Positions 11,867-22,880 of a DNA stretch of 64,000 nucleotides are shown here, in pieces. The position numbers and the translations under genes are program-made. Location: NCBI GenBank assembly GCA_963753975.1, contig CAVWEH010000002.1, forward strand, positions 576,001-640,000, read 5' to 3'. Origin of the DNA: an uncultured delta proteobacterium (lineage in GTDB: Bacteria > Desulfobacterota > Syntrophia > Syntrophales > Smithellaceae). Within the stretch, counting starts at the first letter, position 1. Every line of letters begins with the position of its first letter. The notes beneath the pieces are model-generated. The model was not told the DNA's origin, ran no database searches, and saw only the letters and a list, made by a program, of their open reading frames with translations.

Positions 11867-11890
11867 GCGGCCGGATTTTACTCCGGCCGC
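11867..11890 (-). terminator. GC-rich hairpin
   Basis: gcggccgga-ttttac-tccggccgc perfect 9-bp stem between the SPFH gene and the LiaF-like gene. Confidence 0.4.
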
Positions 11891-11897
11891 ATTAATT

Positions 11898-12122
11898 GTT
11901 GAAACTCCAATTTCAAAAACGTAGCGCATAATCTAATAACCTGAAGGTCGCAAGATGTCACACGTTGAAATTGGTAAATTGTAATGAGACCCAAGCTTCG
12001 GAAACAAAGTGCACCGAAGCTTGCAGGTCGAATTAATGAAACTCAGATATTACAAACGCAGTGCAGTAATATCTGTTAGCTGAATTAATCCCATAGCCAA
12101 AGGCTATTGGGGCTATCCCGCA
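11898..12122 (+). repeat. Hairpin repeat copy R4 (3 tandem core units, the first with a 36-nt insert, plus tail)
   Basis: Units at 11898-11982, 11983-12034 (aagcttcgg/ccgaagctt stem) and 12035-12086 (agatattac/gtaatatct stem); tail cccatagccaaaggctattgggg. Confidence 0.92.
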
Positions 12123-12130
12123 AAGTTGGC

Positions 12131-12895
12131 TCATAATTTTTCCGCTAACTTCAGAAAGGGCTTAAACAAATCAATGGGGATGGGAAATAACGTCGTAGAA
12201 TTGTGTTCCGCAGCAATCTGATTCAACGTTTGCAAGTAACGCAATTGCAGCGACATCGGCTGAGTCTCCATTAAAGCGGCGGCGTCAATAAGTTTCTGTG
12301 CAGCTTGAAATTCGCCTTCGGCATTGATAACCTTGGCGCGCCGTTCTCTCTCCGCTTCTGCCTGTTTGGCAATGGCCCTCTTCATTTCTTCCGGCAGATC
12401 TATCTGTTTCACTTCCACCAGCGATACTTTAATACCCCAGGGCTCGGTACTGCGATCCAGGATTTCCTGCAATTGCATATTGATCTTTTCCCGCTCGGAA
12501 AGAATTTCGTCCAGCTCCACCTGACCGCAAACACTGCGGAGTGTGGTCTGGGCAAGCTGAGAAGTGGCAAAGAGGTAATTTTCGACATTGATCACCGCCG
12601 CATTAGCGTCCATTACGCGGAAATAAACAACGGCGTTAACCTTGATAGAGACATTGTCTTTGGTGATAACATCCTGCGGGGGCACATCCATCGTAATCGT
12701 CCGCATGTCGATCTTCACCACTTTATCGACTACCGGAATTATGATGATCAAACCGGGGCCTTTGACGTCGCGAATCCGTCCCAAACGAAAAACCACAGCC
12801 CTCTCATATTCATTCAATACTCGAATGGCCGAAGCCAAAAACATTACGACCAATACTATAACGACAATTGTCGGCAAAGAAAAAGCTCCAAACAT
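12131..12895 (-). CDS. SPFH/stomatin-like (slipin) membrane protein
   Basis: [45 protein letters not shown]. Confidence 0.93.
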   Translation of the reverse strand: MFGAFSLPTIVVIVLVVMFLASAIRVLNEYERAVVFRLGRIRDVKGPGLIIIIPVVDKVVKIDMRTITMDVPPQDVITKDNVSIKVNAVVYFRVMDANAAVINVENYLFATSQLAQTTLRSVCGQVELDEILSEREKINMQLQEILDRSTEPWGIKVSLVEVKQIDLPEEMKRAIAKQAEAERERRAKVINAEGEFQAAQKLIDAAALMETQPMSLQLRYLQTLNQIAAEHNSTTLFPIPIDLFKPFLKLAEKL

Positions 12896-12931
12896 TTTGA
12901 TGATCCTCCTTTTATTGATTTCAAAAAATCT

Positions 12932-14236
12932 CTACTCTTTTTTCATTTCTTCCACGATCAATTTCAATCCTTCAATCTTGACAATTTTTACTTTTGCTCC
13001 CTTTTTTATAGGCTTTCCACTTGTCGCCTTCCAGTATTCGCCTTTAATAAACACTTTCCCTTCATTGGCAATGTCGGTCAAGGCTTCAGTTTCTGAACCA
13101 ATCATTGCTTCTGCTCCTGTTGATTTCTTCCTCATTTGCGCTTTAACAGCCATCCAAATAACGACAATAAAAAAACCGGAGACTAATATTACCGCCGGGA
13201 TTAAAACCTGCAAAGAAATCCGCAATGCCGGTTCCGGTGTATCAAACAAAAGCAATGATCCCAACACCAATGAAATCACGCCACCAACAGTAAGTATTCC
13301 ATGACTCATAACTTTTATCTCCGCAATAAATAAAATAACGCCGAAAATTATCAGCAAAATTCCCGTGTAATTTACCGGCAAGGTGGACAGCCCGAAAAAA
13401 GCCAAGAGTAAAGATATCCCTCCGATTACTCCGGGTAAAATCGCACCCGGTGTAGAGAGTTCAAAATATAAGCCGGCTAGGCCGATCAATAAAAGGATAT
13501 ACGAAATATTGGGGTCGGAAATTGCTGCCAGTATTCCCTGGCGCGTTCCCATCTCTTTATTATTGATTACTGCATTTTTTGTCGATAGTTTCTCCTTATT
13601 ACCGCTCGCCAGTGTCACTTCTTTTTTATCAATTTCGGCCAGAAGCTTCTCCACGTCAGGCGCGATAAAATCGATGACATGTAATTTAAGCGCTTCTTCG
13701 GCCGTTATGGATTCACTTTTTCGTACGGCTTTTTCCACCCATTCTTCAGAACGGCCCCTCGTTTTAGCAATGCTGCGGGCGTACGCGGCGGCATCATTTT
13801 CCACTTTTTCGGACATAGTTTTATCCAACTCTCCGCCGCCGAGGCCAATCGCCACGGGATGAGCAGCGCCGATGTTCGTGCCGGGCGCCATTGCGGCAAT
13901 ATGCGCGGCTTCCGTGATAATCACTCCGGCCGACGCGGCGCGCGCACCGGGAGGATAAACAAAAACGATTACCGGCAAAGGAGCGTTAAGAATGCTCTTG
14001 GCAATATCCCGCATCGCCGTATCCGTTCCACCCGGCGTATCCAGCAATATAATTAATCCTTCGGCGCCGGCTTTTTGCGCCTCTTCAATGCTCCCGGCTA
14101 TATATTTTGCCGAGGGCGACGTGATAACACCTTCAACTTTAATTACGTTGAATACAGGTTTTTTCTCCTGACCCCAAACTCCGCCGCTCAACAATATTAA
14201 TAATACGGCTAATGTATAAATTATTTTTTTGTCCAT
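12932..14236 (-). CDS. nfeD: NfeD-family membrane-bound serine protease (ClpP class)
   Basis: LDTPGG, AASAG, MAPGTNIGAAHP, TM bundle, C-terminal OB domain (GEYW); paired with the SPFH gene; start placed at ATG 14236. Confidence 0.92.
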   Translation of the reverse strand: MDKKIIYTLAVLLILLSGGVWGQEKKPVFNVIKVEGVITSPSAKYIAGSIEEAQKAGAEGLIILLDTPGGTDTAMRDIAKSILNAPLPVIVFVYPPGARAASAGVIITEAAHIAAMAPGTNIGAAHPVAIGLGGGELDKTMSEKVENDAAAYARSIAKTRGRSEEWVEKAVRKSESITAEEALKLHVIDFIAPDVEKLLAEIDKKEVTLASGNKEKLSTKNAVINNKEMGTRQGILAAISDPNISYILLLIGLAGLYFELSTPGAILPGVIGGISLLLAFFGLSTLPVNYTGILLIIFGVILFIAEIKVMSHGILTVGGVISLVLGSLLLFDTPEPALRISLQVLIPAVILVSGFFIVVIWMAVKAQMRKKSTGAEAMIGSETEALTDIANEGKVFIKGEYWKATSGKPIKKGAKVKIVKIEGLKLIVEEMKKE

Positions 14237-14268
14237 TATCTTCACCTTTTTGCCTTGACCCTTCCGAC

Positions 14269-14988
14269 CTAAACCCGAACTTCTTTCATTATCATTTGGA
14301 CATCTTCCCAGACAAGTTTTTTTGCCGAGGGATTTCTCAGGAGATATGCCGGATGATACGTCGGCATTAATTTTATGTCTTCGTAAGAATGAAAACGGCC
14401 CCGCAGCGCAGATATCGGAATATCGGTTTTGAGAAGCGTTTGCGCGGCAAAAGTTCCCAAAGCGCAGATTACCTGGGGCGAAATAACTTGCAATTGCTTC
14501 TTTAAAAACGGTTCGCATAACGCTATCTCCGAAGGCAAGGGATTACGATTGCCGGGTGGACGGCATTTAAGTATGTTGCAGATATAAACGTCCTTGCGCT
14601 TCAAACCCATAGCCTCTATAATTTTCGTCAAAAGCTGACCGGCTCTTCCGACAAAAGGCACGCCCTGTTCATCTTCGTCGGCCCCGGGAGCTTCACCCAC
14701 AAAAACAATGCGCGCGGAAGGATTTCCATCGCCAAATACTAAATTGCGTCTGGTCTTGCCCAGCGGACAAAGATGGCAGGCTTTCATCTCCTTATATATC
14801 TTTTCTAAATCCGCCCCTTTATTACCGGTAAGATTTTCGATTTTGGCGAGTGGTGGCGGTTTTTTTCCCCATTCCAGCCCGACGGACAAACTTTCTTGAT
14901 TCGCAACATATCCCTTGATCGCCTTAACTACGGACAACAATTCTTCATGCAGCTGATTGTTGGATGGTAACAAAAATAATTCCGCCAT
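14269..14988 (-). CDS. Uracil-DNA glycosylase family 4
   Basis: CxxC, GEAPG, PFVGRAG, KCRPPGNR, TYHPAYLLR. Confidence 0.93.
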   Translation of the reverse strand: MAELFLLPSNNQLHEELLSVVKAIKGYVANQESLSVGLEWGKKPPPLAKIENLTGNKGADLEKIYKEMKACHLCPLGKTRRNLVFGDGNPSARIVFVGEAPGADEDEQGVPFVGRAGQLLTKIIEAMGLKRKDVYICNILKCRPPGNRNPLPSEIALCEPFLKKQLQVISPQVICALGTFAAQTLLKTDIPISALRGRFHSYEDIKLMPTYHPAYLLRNPSAKKLVWEDVQMIMKEVRV

Positions 14989-16199
14989 TACTTTTTGCCG
15001 CCGCCTTTCTTCTTAACCAAGTTTTTGACATGATTCAGAATTTCTTCGGCCGCTTCGATTTTGGTCATTTTGCTCAAAGATTCAGTCTTGCCTTTGTCAT
15101 CAATTATCGTAATTATATTGGTGTCGGCCTGAAAACCGGCGTCATCTTGGCGCAAGTCATTGGCGACAATCAAATCCATATTTTTCTCTTCCAGTTTTGC
15201 CTTCGCATTGGCTAAGAGATTTTGTGTCTCCATGGCAAATCCGACCAATATGCGTTGGCCCTTGTTTTTCCCAATTTCCGCGATTATATCCGGATTTCTC
15301 GTGAGCGTGAGCGAGAGAGGTTTTTTATCCTTTTTGATTTTATCCCTGGAGAAAACACTCGGCCTGTAGTCAGCAACGGCGGCAGCCTTAATAATGATCG
15401 TAGCCGCTTTATAATTCTCCAATACTGCTTTATACATATCGCGCGCCGTCCGCACCTCGATTAATCTTTGCGCCTTGGGAAAAGGCAAAGAGGTTCGTCC
15501 GGTAATCAACGTTACATGAGCGCCGCGTCTGCCGGCAACTCTAGCCAAGGCGTACCCCATTTTCCCCGAGGACATATTCGTAATAAACCGCACCGGATCG
15601 AGCGGTTCCTCCGTCGGCCCCGCAGTAATTAAAATTTTTTCCCCGGCAAAATCCTTAGGAGTCAAGAGCGATTCAATTTCCTCGATGATTTCCTGGATAT
15701 CAGGAAGACGGCCGGCACCTTCGGTTTTGCAGGCCAATTCTCCCACGCCACTGTCCATAACGGCATAACCGTGACTTTTCAGTTTGTTGATATTTTCCTG
15801 CACAATGGGATTTGTGAGCATCTTATCGTTCATTGCCGGACAAATCAAAGTAGGTTTATCCGCAGCCATAATCGTCGTCGAGAGCAGATCATCGGCAATG
15901 CCTGATGCAATCTTTCCGATGATGTTGCCCGTCGCCGGCGCTATAACAAACGCATCGGCAAATTGTACAAGAGCGATATGAGCCATGTCATATTTATCGG
16001 TAAGCACAAACATTTCCGTGTACGCCATACCGCCGGAAAGAGTTTGCAGGGTTAAGGGAGAAATAAACGCCGTCGCGCTTTTGGTCATGATAACTTTTAC
16101 CTCGGCGCCTTCCTTAACGAGCGCGCGTGTTAATTCCGCCGATTTATAAGCGGCAATTCCACCCGTAATTCCCAAAACAATTTTCTTCCCTTTAAGCAT
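14988..16199 (-). CDS. coaBC: Phosphopantothenoylcysteine decarboxylase/ligase
   Basis: TGGIAAYK, PAMN, TAGPT, DPVRFITNMSSGKMG, AAAVADY; start placed at ATG 16199. Confidence 0.95.
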   Translation of the reverse strand: MLKGKKIVLGITGGIAAYKSAELTRALVKEGAEVKVIMTKSATAFISPLTLQTLSGGMAYTEMFVLTDKYDMAHIALVQFADAFVIAPATGNIIGKIASGIADDLLSTTIMAADKPTLICPAMNDKMLTNPIVQENINKLKSHGYAVMDSGVGELACKTEGAGRLPDIQEIIEEIESLLTPKDFAGEKILITAGPTEEPLDPVRFITNMSSGKMGYALARVAGRRGAHVTLITGRTSLPFPKAQRLIEVRTARDMYKAVLENYKAATIIIKAAAVADYRPSVFSRDKIKKDKKPLSLTLTRNPDIIAEIGKNKGQRILVGFAMETQNLLANAKAKLEEKNMDLIVANDLRQDDAGFQADTNIITIIDDKGKTESLSKMTKIEAAEEILNHVKNLVKKKGGGKK

Positions 16200-16545
16200 A
16201 ATCTTGCCTCTGTGGTTGGTTACTAGAAGAATATAACAACGTTTTATCACAAGATCAAGGCATAACTGTCTGAAAAATAGCGCTGTACGGAAAGGTTTAT
16301 CTTTTAATTTCGCTTTGCATATCAAGCGGTTTAAACTACAAAAAGAAAAAAGCGGCAGATTACTACGTGTTTCTGTGAAGGAAACTTACCATAATTTTTC
16401 CAGCTGTTAAAAAGGGAGAATTGTCGTGCAAGCGAAAATAATATCAATAGAAAAATGCGCATATAAAATGCTGAACAGCTGACCTGCCATTAGATCCAGC
16501 ATGCGCCGGATTAACGGCTTTAATCTTAGTATTCTGGTTCTGCCG

Positions 16546-17412
16546 TTAACTTTTGTTGATGTCACGATGGGTCAAATTGACCATGTACTTCATCGTGGAA
16601 AAGTAAGAACCCAATTCATTGGCCATAACTACAGAGCGGTGTTTTCCGCCGGTACAGCCCAGGGCAACATTTAAACGAGCTTTTCCTTCTTTTTCATAGA
16701 GAGGAATAAGTAAGGTCATTAAGTCCGATATTTTTTTCAAAAATTCCTTGCTTTCTTTGTTTTTCAAAACATAGTCTTTAACGGCGGCATGGTGGCCGTC
16801 GAAGTTTTTTAAATTTTCAACAAAGTAAGGATTGGGCAAAAACCTTACGTCAAAAACAAGATCGGCATCGGCGGGCAATCCGTAGCGATAGCCGAAGGAA
16901 GTAACATTAACGGCCATTTTATTATACCCGGAAGACGGAAGAAAATGCCTCTGTACTATATCTTTCAGTTGGTGAACGTTAATGGAAGTTGTATCGATAA
17001 TTTTATCCGCCATTTGTTTCAATGGCAATAATTTTTCTCTCTCCAACCGGATGCCCTCCATAACGGGACCTTTTTCCGAAAGAGGATGAATACGTCTTGT
17101 TTCGCTAAATCGATGCAAAAGAGAATCGTCACTGGATTCCAGGAAGAGAATGGCGATTTTGTAACCCTTGTCTTTCAAGCGCGTAAATATTCGCTGGTAC
17201 TTATCGAGGAAACTCCTTTCGCGCAGGTCCATGACCATCGCTACCCGATCTATTTCCGGCGAGGAATGAGTGGTGATATCAAGGAATTTCGGCAGCAGAA
17301 CAACCGGCAGGTTATCTACACAAAAAAAACCTATATCTTCCAATGCCCGCAGGGCTGTACTTTTACCGGAGCCGGAAAGGCCTGTGATAATTACAACTCG
17401 CAGATTTTTCAT
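16546..17412 (-). CDS. rapZ: RNase adapter RapZ
   Basis: [39 protein letters not shown]. Confidence 0.95.
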   Translation of the reverse strand: MKNLRVVIITGLSGSGKSTALRALEDIGFFCVDNLPVVLLPKFLDITTHSSPEIDRVAMVMDLRERSFLDKYQRIFTRLKDKGYKIAILFLESSDDSLLHRFSETRRIHPLSEKGPVMEGIRLEREKLLPLKQMADKIIDTTSINVHQLKDIVQRHFLPSSGYNKMAVNVTSFGYRYGLPADADLVFDVRFLPNPYFVENLKNFDGHHAAVKDYVLKNKESKEFLKKISDLMTLLIPLYEKEGKARLNVALGCTGGKHRSVVMANELGSYFSTMKYMVNLTHRDINKS

Positions 17413-17900
17413 TCAACCGTCCTTTTAAACTGCTGAATGGCTTTTTTTAGCAGATTTTTATCAAAATAGCCAGAAGATGGAATTTTTACCTGCACACGGG
17501 GTAATTTAGTTCCGAGGACTTCCATCTCTCCGCTATCTAAAGAGAAGCGGGATACGACAGCCTTTCTAACTTCTATAATTCCTGCAAGAATTGTCTCTCT
17601 TTTAATCTTTTGGGAATCCAATACTTTTTTTACGGAAACGATTCCCGTTTCTTTTGTATGTAACAGGTTCCTGATTTTCGCATGCCCGCGGGCTATCAAT
17701 GCTCCCTTTTCATTTCTTTGGACAACGGCAATATCATCGGCAATCCAACAATTACCTTCCTTGGCCAACGCCAGAGCGGCCGTTGTTTTTCCTATTCCGC
17801 TCGGCCCTGTAATTAATATGCCTCTACCCTGACATTCAAAAACAACGCCATGGAAATTCGCAATTTCCTGCATTTTCTGGCTAATTAAACCTTCCCCCAA
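17409..17900 (-). CDS. hprK: HPr kinase/phosphorylase, short form (kinase domain only)
   Basis: HG...[13 protein letters not shown]...ADD; lies between ptsN and rapZ. Confidence 0.75.
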   Translation of the reverse strand: MGEGLISQKMQEIANFHGVVFECQGRGILITGPSGIGKTTAALALAKEGNCWIADDIAVVQRNEKGALIARGHAKIRNLLHTKETGIVSVKKVLDSQKIKRETILAGIIEVRKAVVSRFSLDSGEMEVLGTKLPRVQVKIPSSGYFDKNLLKKAIQQFKRTVE

Positions 17901-17966
17901 GTTTTGTACTCATTAAAAGCGTATAATTTCTAAGCGATTTTATTATCTAAGGCGAAATATAGCGGA

Positions 17967-18434
17967 TTAAAGGAGGCAGGATTCATCTTGATCGATAATT
18001 ATTTTATACAAATCGCCCCGGGAATTTGCTTCCAATAGCTTTTCGCGAAAACTAGCTACTTTCAACATTTTGGAGATTTTGGCCAAAGCTTTTAAATGCT
18101 GACCGGCCGAATTTTCCGGTGCTAAAAGCAGGAAAAAAAGATGGACGGGTTTGCCGTCTATGGAATCAAAGGCAATGCCTTCTTTGCTGCGCCCGAAAGC
18201 AACAACAAGTTTTTCCAGGTTGGGAACTTTGCCATGAGGAATGGCAATACCGTCACCTATTCCCGTGGAACCGAGATTTTCTCTCTGTTTTAAAACTTCG
18301 ACAACCGCGGCAGAATCGAGTTTAAGTCCTCCCTTGATTATTGTATTAACCAACTCTTGCAAGGCTTCATCTTTGTTCTTTGCCGACAAGTTATCATTAA
18401 TAAATCCACTGTTAAAAATCTGAGCCAGCTGCAT
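17967..18434 (-). CDS. ptsN: PTS EIIA-Ntr
   Basis: RENLGSTGIGDGIAIPH, FDSIDGKPV. Confidence 0.9.
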   Translation of the reverse strand: MQLAQIFNSGFINDNLSAKNKDEALQELVNTIIKGGLKLDSAAVVEVLKQRENLGSTGIGDGIAIPHGKVPNLEKLVVAFGRSKEGIAFDSIDGKPVHLFFLLLAPENSAGQHLKALAKISKMLKVASFREKLLEANSRGDLYKIIIDQDESCLL

Positions 18435-18632
18435 TTCGACACCTAATCGGCGATTTTCTGAAGAATTTTAGTACTTTATTTTTTCCGTTTTACGATTCAA
18501 AGAAGCCATAAATATTGCGGGCAAACATTTAATATATTTATGATTCTTTCCCTGCGCCGAACCTTTATTTTTTTTCATTTTCATATTTTAGTCAGGATTT
18601 TAGAATATAAGATCAATTGATACAATGGCTGG

Positions 18633-19166
18633 TCAGCTGTTTGTCTCGATCAGTGCATAATTCCCGTCATCGCGCCGGTAGACCAAACTTACCTTTTCGG
18701 AAGAGGAATCTCGATAAATTATAAAGCGGCTTTTGGTTCCTTCCAGCTCCATCACCGCTTCATCGAGCGACATGGGTTTCAGTACTATTTTGCGCGTTTC
18801 TGCGATTTTGTTTGCTACTGATTCTTCTGTCTGCGCTCCCTCATTTACGCTCTCCATGCTGCGGCGAATACTTTTAGGCTTATGTTCTCTGATTTTATCT
18901 TTTTGTTTTTTCAGCTGTTTTTCAATTTTCTCTATACAGTTATCAATAGCCGTGCGCATGTCTTTGGCTTCTTCCCTGGCATTTACATTCCACCCGTTCG
19001 CGCTCAGATTTATTTCCGCAAAATTTCTGAATTTTTCCACAGAGAGGATGATATGAACTTCGGCCGGCGCATCTACGTATTTATTCAGCCTCTGAATTCT
19101 TTCTTCGGCGTAAACTTTTTGCCATTTCTCACCTTCACCGCTTCTGAAAGTCACCGAAATTTTCAT
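18633..19166 (-). CDS. hpf: Ribosome hibernation promoting factor (long HPF)
   Basis: Follows rpoN; C-terminal KPMSLDEA...VYRR-DGNY-LIE. Confidence 0.9.
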   Translation of the reverse strand: MKISVTFRSGEGEKWQKVYAEERIQRLNKYVDAPAEVHIILSVEKFRNFAEINLSANGWNVNAREEAKDMRTAIDNCIEKIEKQLKKQKDKIREHKPKSIRRSMESVNEGAQTEESVANKIAETRKIVLKPMSLDEAVMELEGTKSRFIIYRDSSSEKVSLVYRRDDGNYALIETNS

Positions 19167-19319
19167 TATTTTACCTCCTCCTTAATACGCATCTCACGGT
19201 ATACGTTGTCACGGCTTGATAGCATGATGACAATAAAGGTAAGTGGTATATTAATGTAAAAGCCGAAAGTCAATTCCTTTTTATTTTTTCTTTTTTAATA
19301 ATGACCACTTATAATAATT

Positions 19320-20798
19320 CTAAAAATATTTTTTCCTTTTTGAAGAAGGTAAAATACCCATCATCTCCCTGTATTTGGCAACAGTACGGCGGGCGATATC
19401 AATACCGTTTTCTTTCAGCAAATCCGCTATTTCACAATCACTATATGGTTTTTTCGGTTTTTCTTTGGCGATTATCTTCTTAATTTCTGCTTTCACGCTT
19501 TTGGAGGCAATATTTTCCCCGGATACTCTTTGAATGGAACTGCCGAAGAAGTACTTCATTTCAAAGATTCCCCGCGGCGTATGCATGTATTTATTGGTCA
19601 CTACGCGGCTAATGGTGGATTCGTGCATTTCCACATCATCGGCAATATCACGCAATACCAGCGGCTTGAGAAAATTGATGCCCTTGTCAAAAAAATCCTT
19701 TTGATATTTAACGATGCTTTCCGCGACTTTATAGATCGTTTTTTGCCGCTGCTGGATACTTTTAATCAACCAAGTGGCCGACTGCACTTTCTCTCTGATG
19801 TATTTTTTTCCGTTTTCTTCATTGTTGCGGCCGTGAGCGCCAATTCCCGCCATAATTTCACGGTAAAAATTACTGATGCGCAAATGAGGTAAACCATCAT
19901 CATTGAGAATTATTTTATATTCATCTCCGGATTTGACAACATAAACATCGGGAATGATTGCTTGAATTTTTTCTTCGGAATAAACGCTGCCCGGTCGGGG
20001 ATCCATGCTGCTGATCAATAATACCGCCTTCTCTATTTCGTGCAGGTGTATTTTTAATTTGCGGGCAATATGGACATAATTTTTCAGTTCCAAATCCTTA
20101 AGATAGTCTCTGATAATAACTTCAATAATCGGGTTTTTATTCACGCCCAGCATTCGCGCTTGGATTAACAAACATTCCTGCAAACTGCGGGCGGCTATTC
20201 CGGGCGGATCGAATTCCTGAATCTTTTTCAGAACGGTTTCCACGAATTCTTCACCAACATTTTCGAGAACGGCGATTTCCGCCACAGTCGCACATAAATA
20301 GCCATTCACGTCAAGATTGCCGATAATTTGGGTGCCGATACGCATTTCCTCTTCAGTAAAAGGTGAAAGCTTCATTTGCCACATCAAATATTTTGTCAGC
20401 GATTGACTTTCGGTAAGAACATTATCCCAGGAAGGCGCTTCCGTATCTCTGCGGCCGTAAGTTACCCCGACCGGACCATAATCTTCCAGATAGTTATTCC
20501 AGTCAAATTCCTCACGCCCGTCTCCTTCTCCGGTAACCTCTCCCGTACGTTCTATCTGTTTTACATCTTCTTCACGTTCAATAGATTGAACATCATCTTC
20601 GCCTTGGGCCTGAACTTCCTCCTCATTTCCTTCGTCCGGGGAAACTTCTTCCAGGAGGGGATTTTCTTCCAATTCCTGATTGATTGTATCGACAAGTTCC
20701 AGTCTGGATAGCTGCAGTAATTTTATGGCCTGCTGCAGTTGCGGTGTCATAATTAACTGTTGGGAAAGTTTTAGATTCTGTTTTAACTCAAACGCCAT
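19320..20798 (-). CDS. rpoN: RNA polymerase sigma-54 factor
   Basis: MTPQLQQAIKLLQ, HESTISR, RpoN box ARRTVAKYRE. Confidence 0.97.
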   Translation of the reverse strand: MAFELKQNLKLSQQLIMTPQLQQAIKLLQLSRLELVDTINQELEENPLLEEVSPDEGNEEEVQAQGEDDVQSIEREEDVKQIERTGEVTGEGDGREEFDWNNYLEDYGPVGVTYGRRDTEAPSWDNVLTESQSLTKYLMWQMKLSPFTEEEMRIGTQIIGNLDVNGYLCATVAEIAVLENVGEEFVETVLKKIQEFDPPGIAARSLQECLLIQARMLGVNKNPIIEVIIRDYLKDLELKNYVHIARKLKIHLHEIEKAVLLISSMDPRPGSVYSEEKIQAIIPDVYVVKSGDEYKIILNDDGLPHLRISNFYREIMAGIGAHGRNNEENGKKYIREKVQSATWLIKSIQQRQKTIYKVAESIVKYQKDFFDKGINFLKPLVLRDIADDVEMHESTISRVVTNKYMHTPRGIFEMKYFFGSSIQRVSGENIASKSVKAEIKKIIAKEKPKKPYSDCEIADLLKENGIDIARRTVAKYREMMGILPSSKRKKYF

Positions 20799-20825
20799 AA
20801 CAAATATTCATAATTCGCTGATTTT

Positions 20826-21566
20826 TTACAAATTGAAATTTTCCCCAAAGTAGAATTTTCGGGCAAGTTCACTGCAAGCGATTTCTTCCGGTTCGCCTTC
20901 AACAAGTATTTCCCCTTCGTTGACAATATAAGCCCGGTCACAACAGGAAAGGGTTTCGCGCACATTATGGTCGGAAACGATGATACCGATTCCCTTGTTT
21001 TTTAACTTGGCGATAATTTTTTGGATGTCGGCAACAGCAAGCGGATCAATACCCGCAAAAGGTTCGTCCAAAAGGATGTATTTGGGCGACGTAACCAGTG
21101 CCCGCGTTATCTCCACCCTTCTTCTTTCACCTCCGGAAAGAGAATAGGCATAGTGTTTCGCCAAAGAGGTAAGATCAAGTTCTCCCAGAAGCTCCTGAAG
21201 CTTTTCCTTTCTCTCTTCCTCCTGCATATCAAGGGTTTCCAATATGGCTAAAATATTTTCTTCGACGGTCAGCTTGCGGAAAACAGATGGTTCCTGCGGC
21301 AGATAATTTAAACCTTTGCGCGCCCGCTGATACATGGGATACAAGCTAATGTCTTCACCATTTAAAAATATTTCTCCGCCATCCGGTTTGATCAAGCCGA
21401 CTATCATATAAAAAGTGGTTGTTTTCCCTGCGCCATTGGGACCCAGTAAACCCACTACTTCACCCGGTGAAATCGATAAATCAATCCGATTGACTACTCT
21501 GCGCTTATTATAAATTTTGGTTAGTCCTTTTGCCGATAATTTACTTTTTGCCGATAATTTATTCAT
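20826..21566 (-). CDS. lptB: LPS export ABC ATPase
   Basis: GPNGAGKTTTFYM, YLPQE-S-FRKL, LSGGERRR, DEPFAGIDP. Confidence 0.95.
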   Translation of the reverse strand: MNKLSAKSKLSAKGLTKIYNKRRVVNRIDLSISPGEVVGLLGPNGAGKTTTFYMIVGLIKPDGGEIFLNGEDISLYPMYQRARKGLNYLPQEPSVFRKLTVEENILAILETLDMQEEERKEKLQELLGELDLTSLAKHYAYSLSGGERRRVEITRALVTSPKYILLDEPFAGIDPLAVADIQKIIAKLKNKGIGIIVSDHNVRETLSCCDRAYIVNEGEILVEGEPEEIACSELARKFYFGENFNL

Positions 21567-22174
21567 AATTTTCCATCGCCCACTGATTCCTGCTTATTTT
21601 GCTCAATCTTTTTTTCCGGCGGATAAAGTACGGCTTTGACTCTTTCTTTTTTCTCCTGATCACATACTTCAACTCTGCCTCGTTTTTCATTCACGTAAAT
21701 AATCACTCTGCATCCTTTTATGGAATTTTTCCCTTCCTTGAGCAAAGCGTTACCGGTCAAAATAATCTGACCGGTATCATGATAATATACCCCCTCATCA
21801 CCGGTGGCGATTCTTTCTCCCTGAGTTACTGAAACATTTCCCTTTGCTTCAATTTTTTCCAGATCGCCTGTTCCCTCGATTTGCATTGTCCCGACTTTGT
21901 CATTTTTGGCGGGCTCTTTTTTATAATATAAAAGAAGCTGGTCTGCCTTCAATACCCGGTCTCCCTGCTTGGCTATTGCGTTACCGGTAAATATTATCAG
22001 CTTCTTTTCATTAAAAGCGTCCATGTGATCGGAATCAATTTCAATAGGTTCATTTTTTTTAATTAGATCTTCCGCAGCGACATTGTTATCTTGAGCATAA
22101 AGACGGGGGGAAACCAAAAGAACAATCAACAAGATAAAGAAGTATATTTTTCTATTAATCATTTCGTTTCTCAA
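21563..22174 (-). CDS. lptA: LptA/OstA family protein
   Basis: Signal peptide; PIEIDSD, FTGN, A-GNV and LTGN repeats; synteny. Confidence 0.85.
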   Translation of the reverse strand: MRNEMINRKIYFFILLIVLLVSPRLYAQDNNVAAEDLIKKNEPIEIDSDHMDAFNEKKLIIFTGNAIAKQGDRVLKADQLLLYYKKEPAKNDKVGTMQIEGTGDLEKIEAKGNVSVTQGERIATGDEGVYYHDTGQIILTGNALLKEGKNSIKGCRVIIYVNEKRGRVEVCDQEKKERVKAVLYPPEKKIEQNKQESVGDGKL

Positions 22175-22729
22175 CTATTTTATTTTTGCTTTTACCATGG
22201 AGGAAAGCTTTAATTGTCCTTTCTTAATGAAAAGGGTGAGTCCCACACCTTTTATTTTCATGAATTTATTTTCCATGGTCACCGGCGCATCGGTAAAAAA
22301 TTTTCTTTCTTCTTCATTATAATTCAAATAATCGGTGTGAAACTTATCGCCGGTATCGGACGTTATTACCACGTTACCTATTATTTTAACGTCTTTCGTA
22401 TCCGTAAACATCTCGCCTTTATCCGCCGTCAATATGAAAGATTTTCCGTCAGGCATATTTATTTTTATTTGCACCCGGTCAAACAAAGCAAGATTCTTTT
22501 TTCTGTAATAAGTGGCGGTATCGGCCTTCATTTCCCATTGGGAAGCGCCTTCGCCGACTTCCGTGTAGACGAAGCCTTTAATTTGCAAGTCGATCTGTTC
22601 CGGTAATGCTTTTAACAAATCTTTCGTTCTGGTATCTTTAATTTTAAATATCACCGCGACAATAATTATGACGACCACGCAGGCGATTGCTATTGACGAT
22701 ATAAGTATTGTTTTTTTACTTAATTTCAT
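22175..22729 (-). CDS. lptC: LPS export protein LptC
   Basis: N-terminal TM, W---A and TAD-G motifs; synteny. Confidence 0.85.
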   Translation of the reverse strand: MKLSKKTILISSIAIACVVVIIIVAVIFKIKDTRTKDLLKALPEQIDLQIKGFVYTEVGEGASQWEMKADTATYYRKKNLALFDRVQIKINMPDGKSFILTADKGEMFTDTKDVKIIGNVVITSDTGDKFHTDYLNYNEEERKFFTDAPVTMENKFMKIKGVGLTLFIKKGQLKLSSMVKAKIK

Positions 22730-22880
22730 TATCTCACCTAACTCCGATTTTCCCCTCTATAGCAAAAAGCATTTTTTGTTATATCATTCAAGATGTCGCC
22801 TGTAAAGATATAAGGAAGATTAGCGGAGATACCCGAGAAATGCTGTTGCTTTTATATAAGATATTCTACTGTTAGCCTTT

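Noticed and set aside
11898..12086. Tandem units with ~50-nt period and ...AATGAAAC/AATGAGAC junctions resembling CRISPR repeat ends
   Set aside because: The would-be spacers are self-complementary, share a conserved loop and recur at other loci. There are at most 3 units per locus and no cas genes in the window.
12035..12086. Resemblance of the core unit to a eukaryotic SECIS element or kink-turn (AUGA...AA loop...GA)
   Set aside because: Copies occur in both orientations relative to transcripts, and neighbouring genes have no in-frame TGA. Bacterial SECIS elements lie inside coding regions. An RNA role is not excluded but is unsupported.
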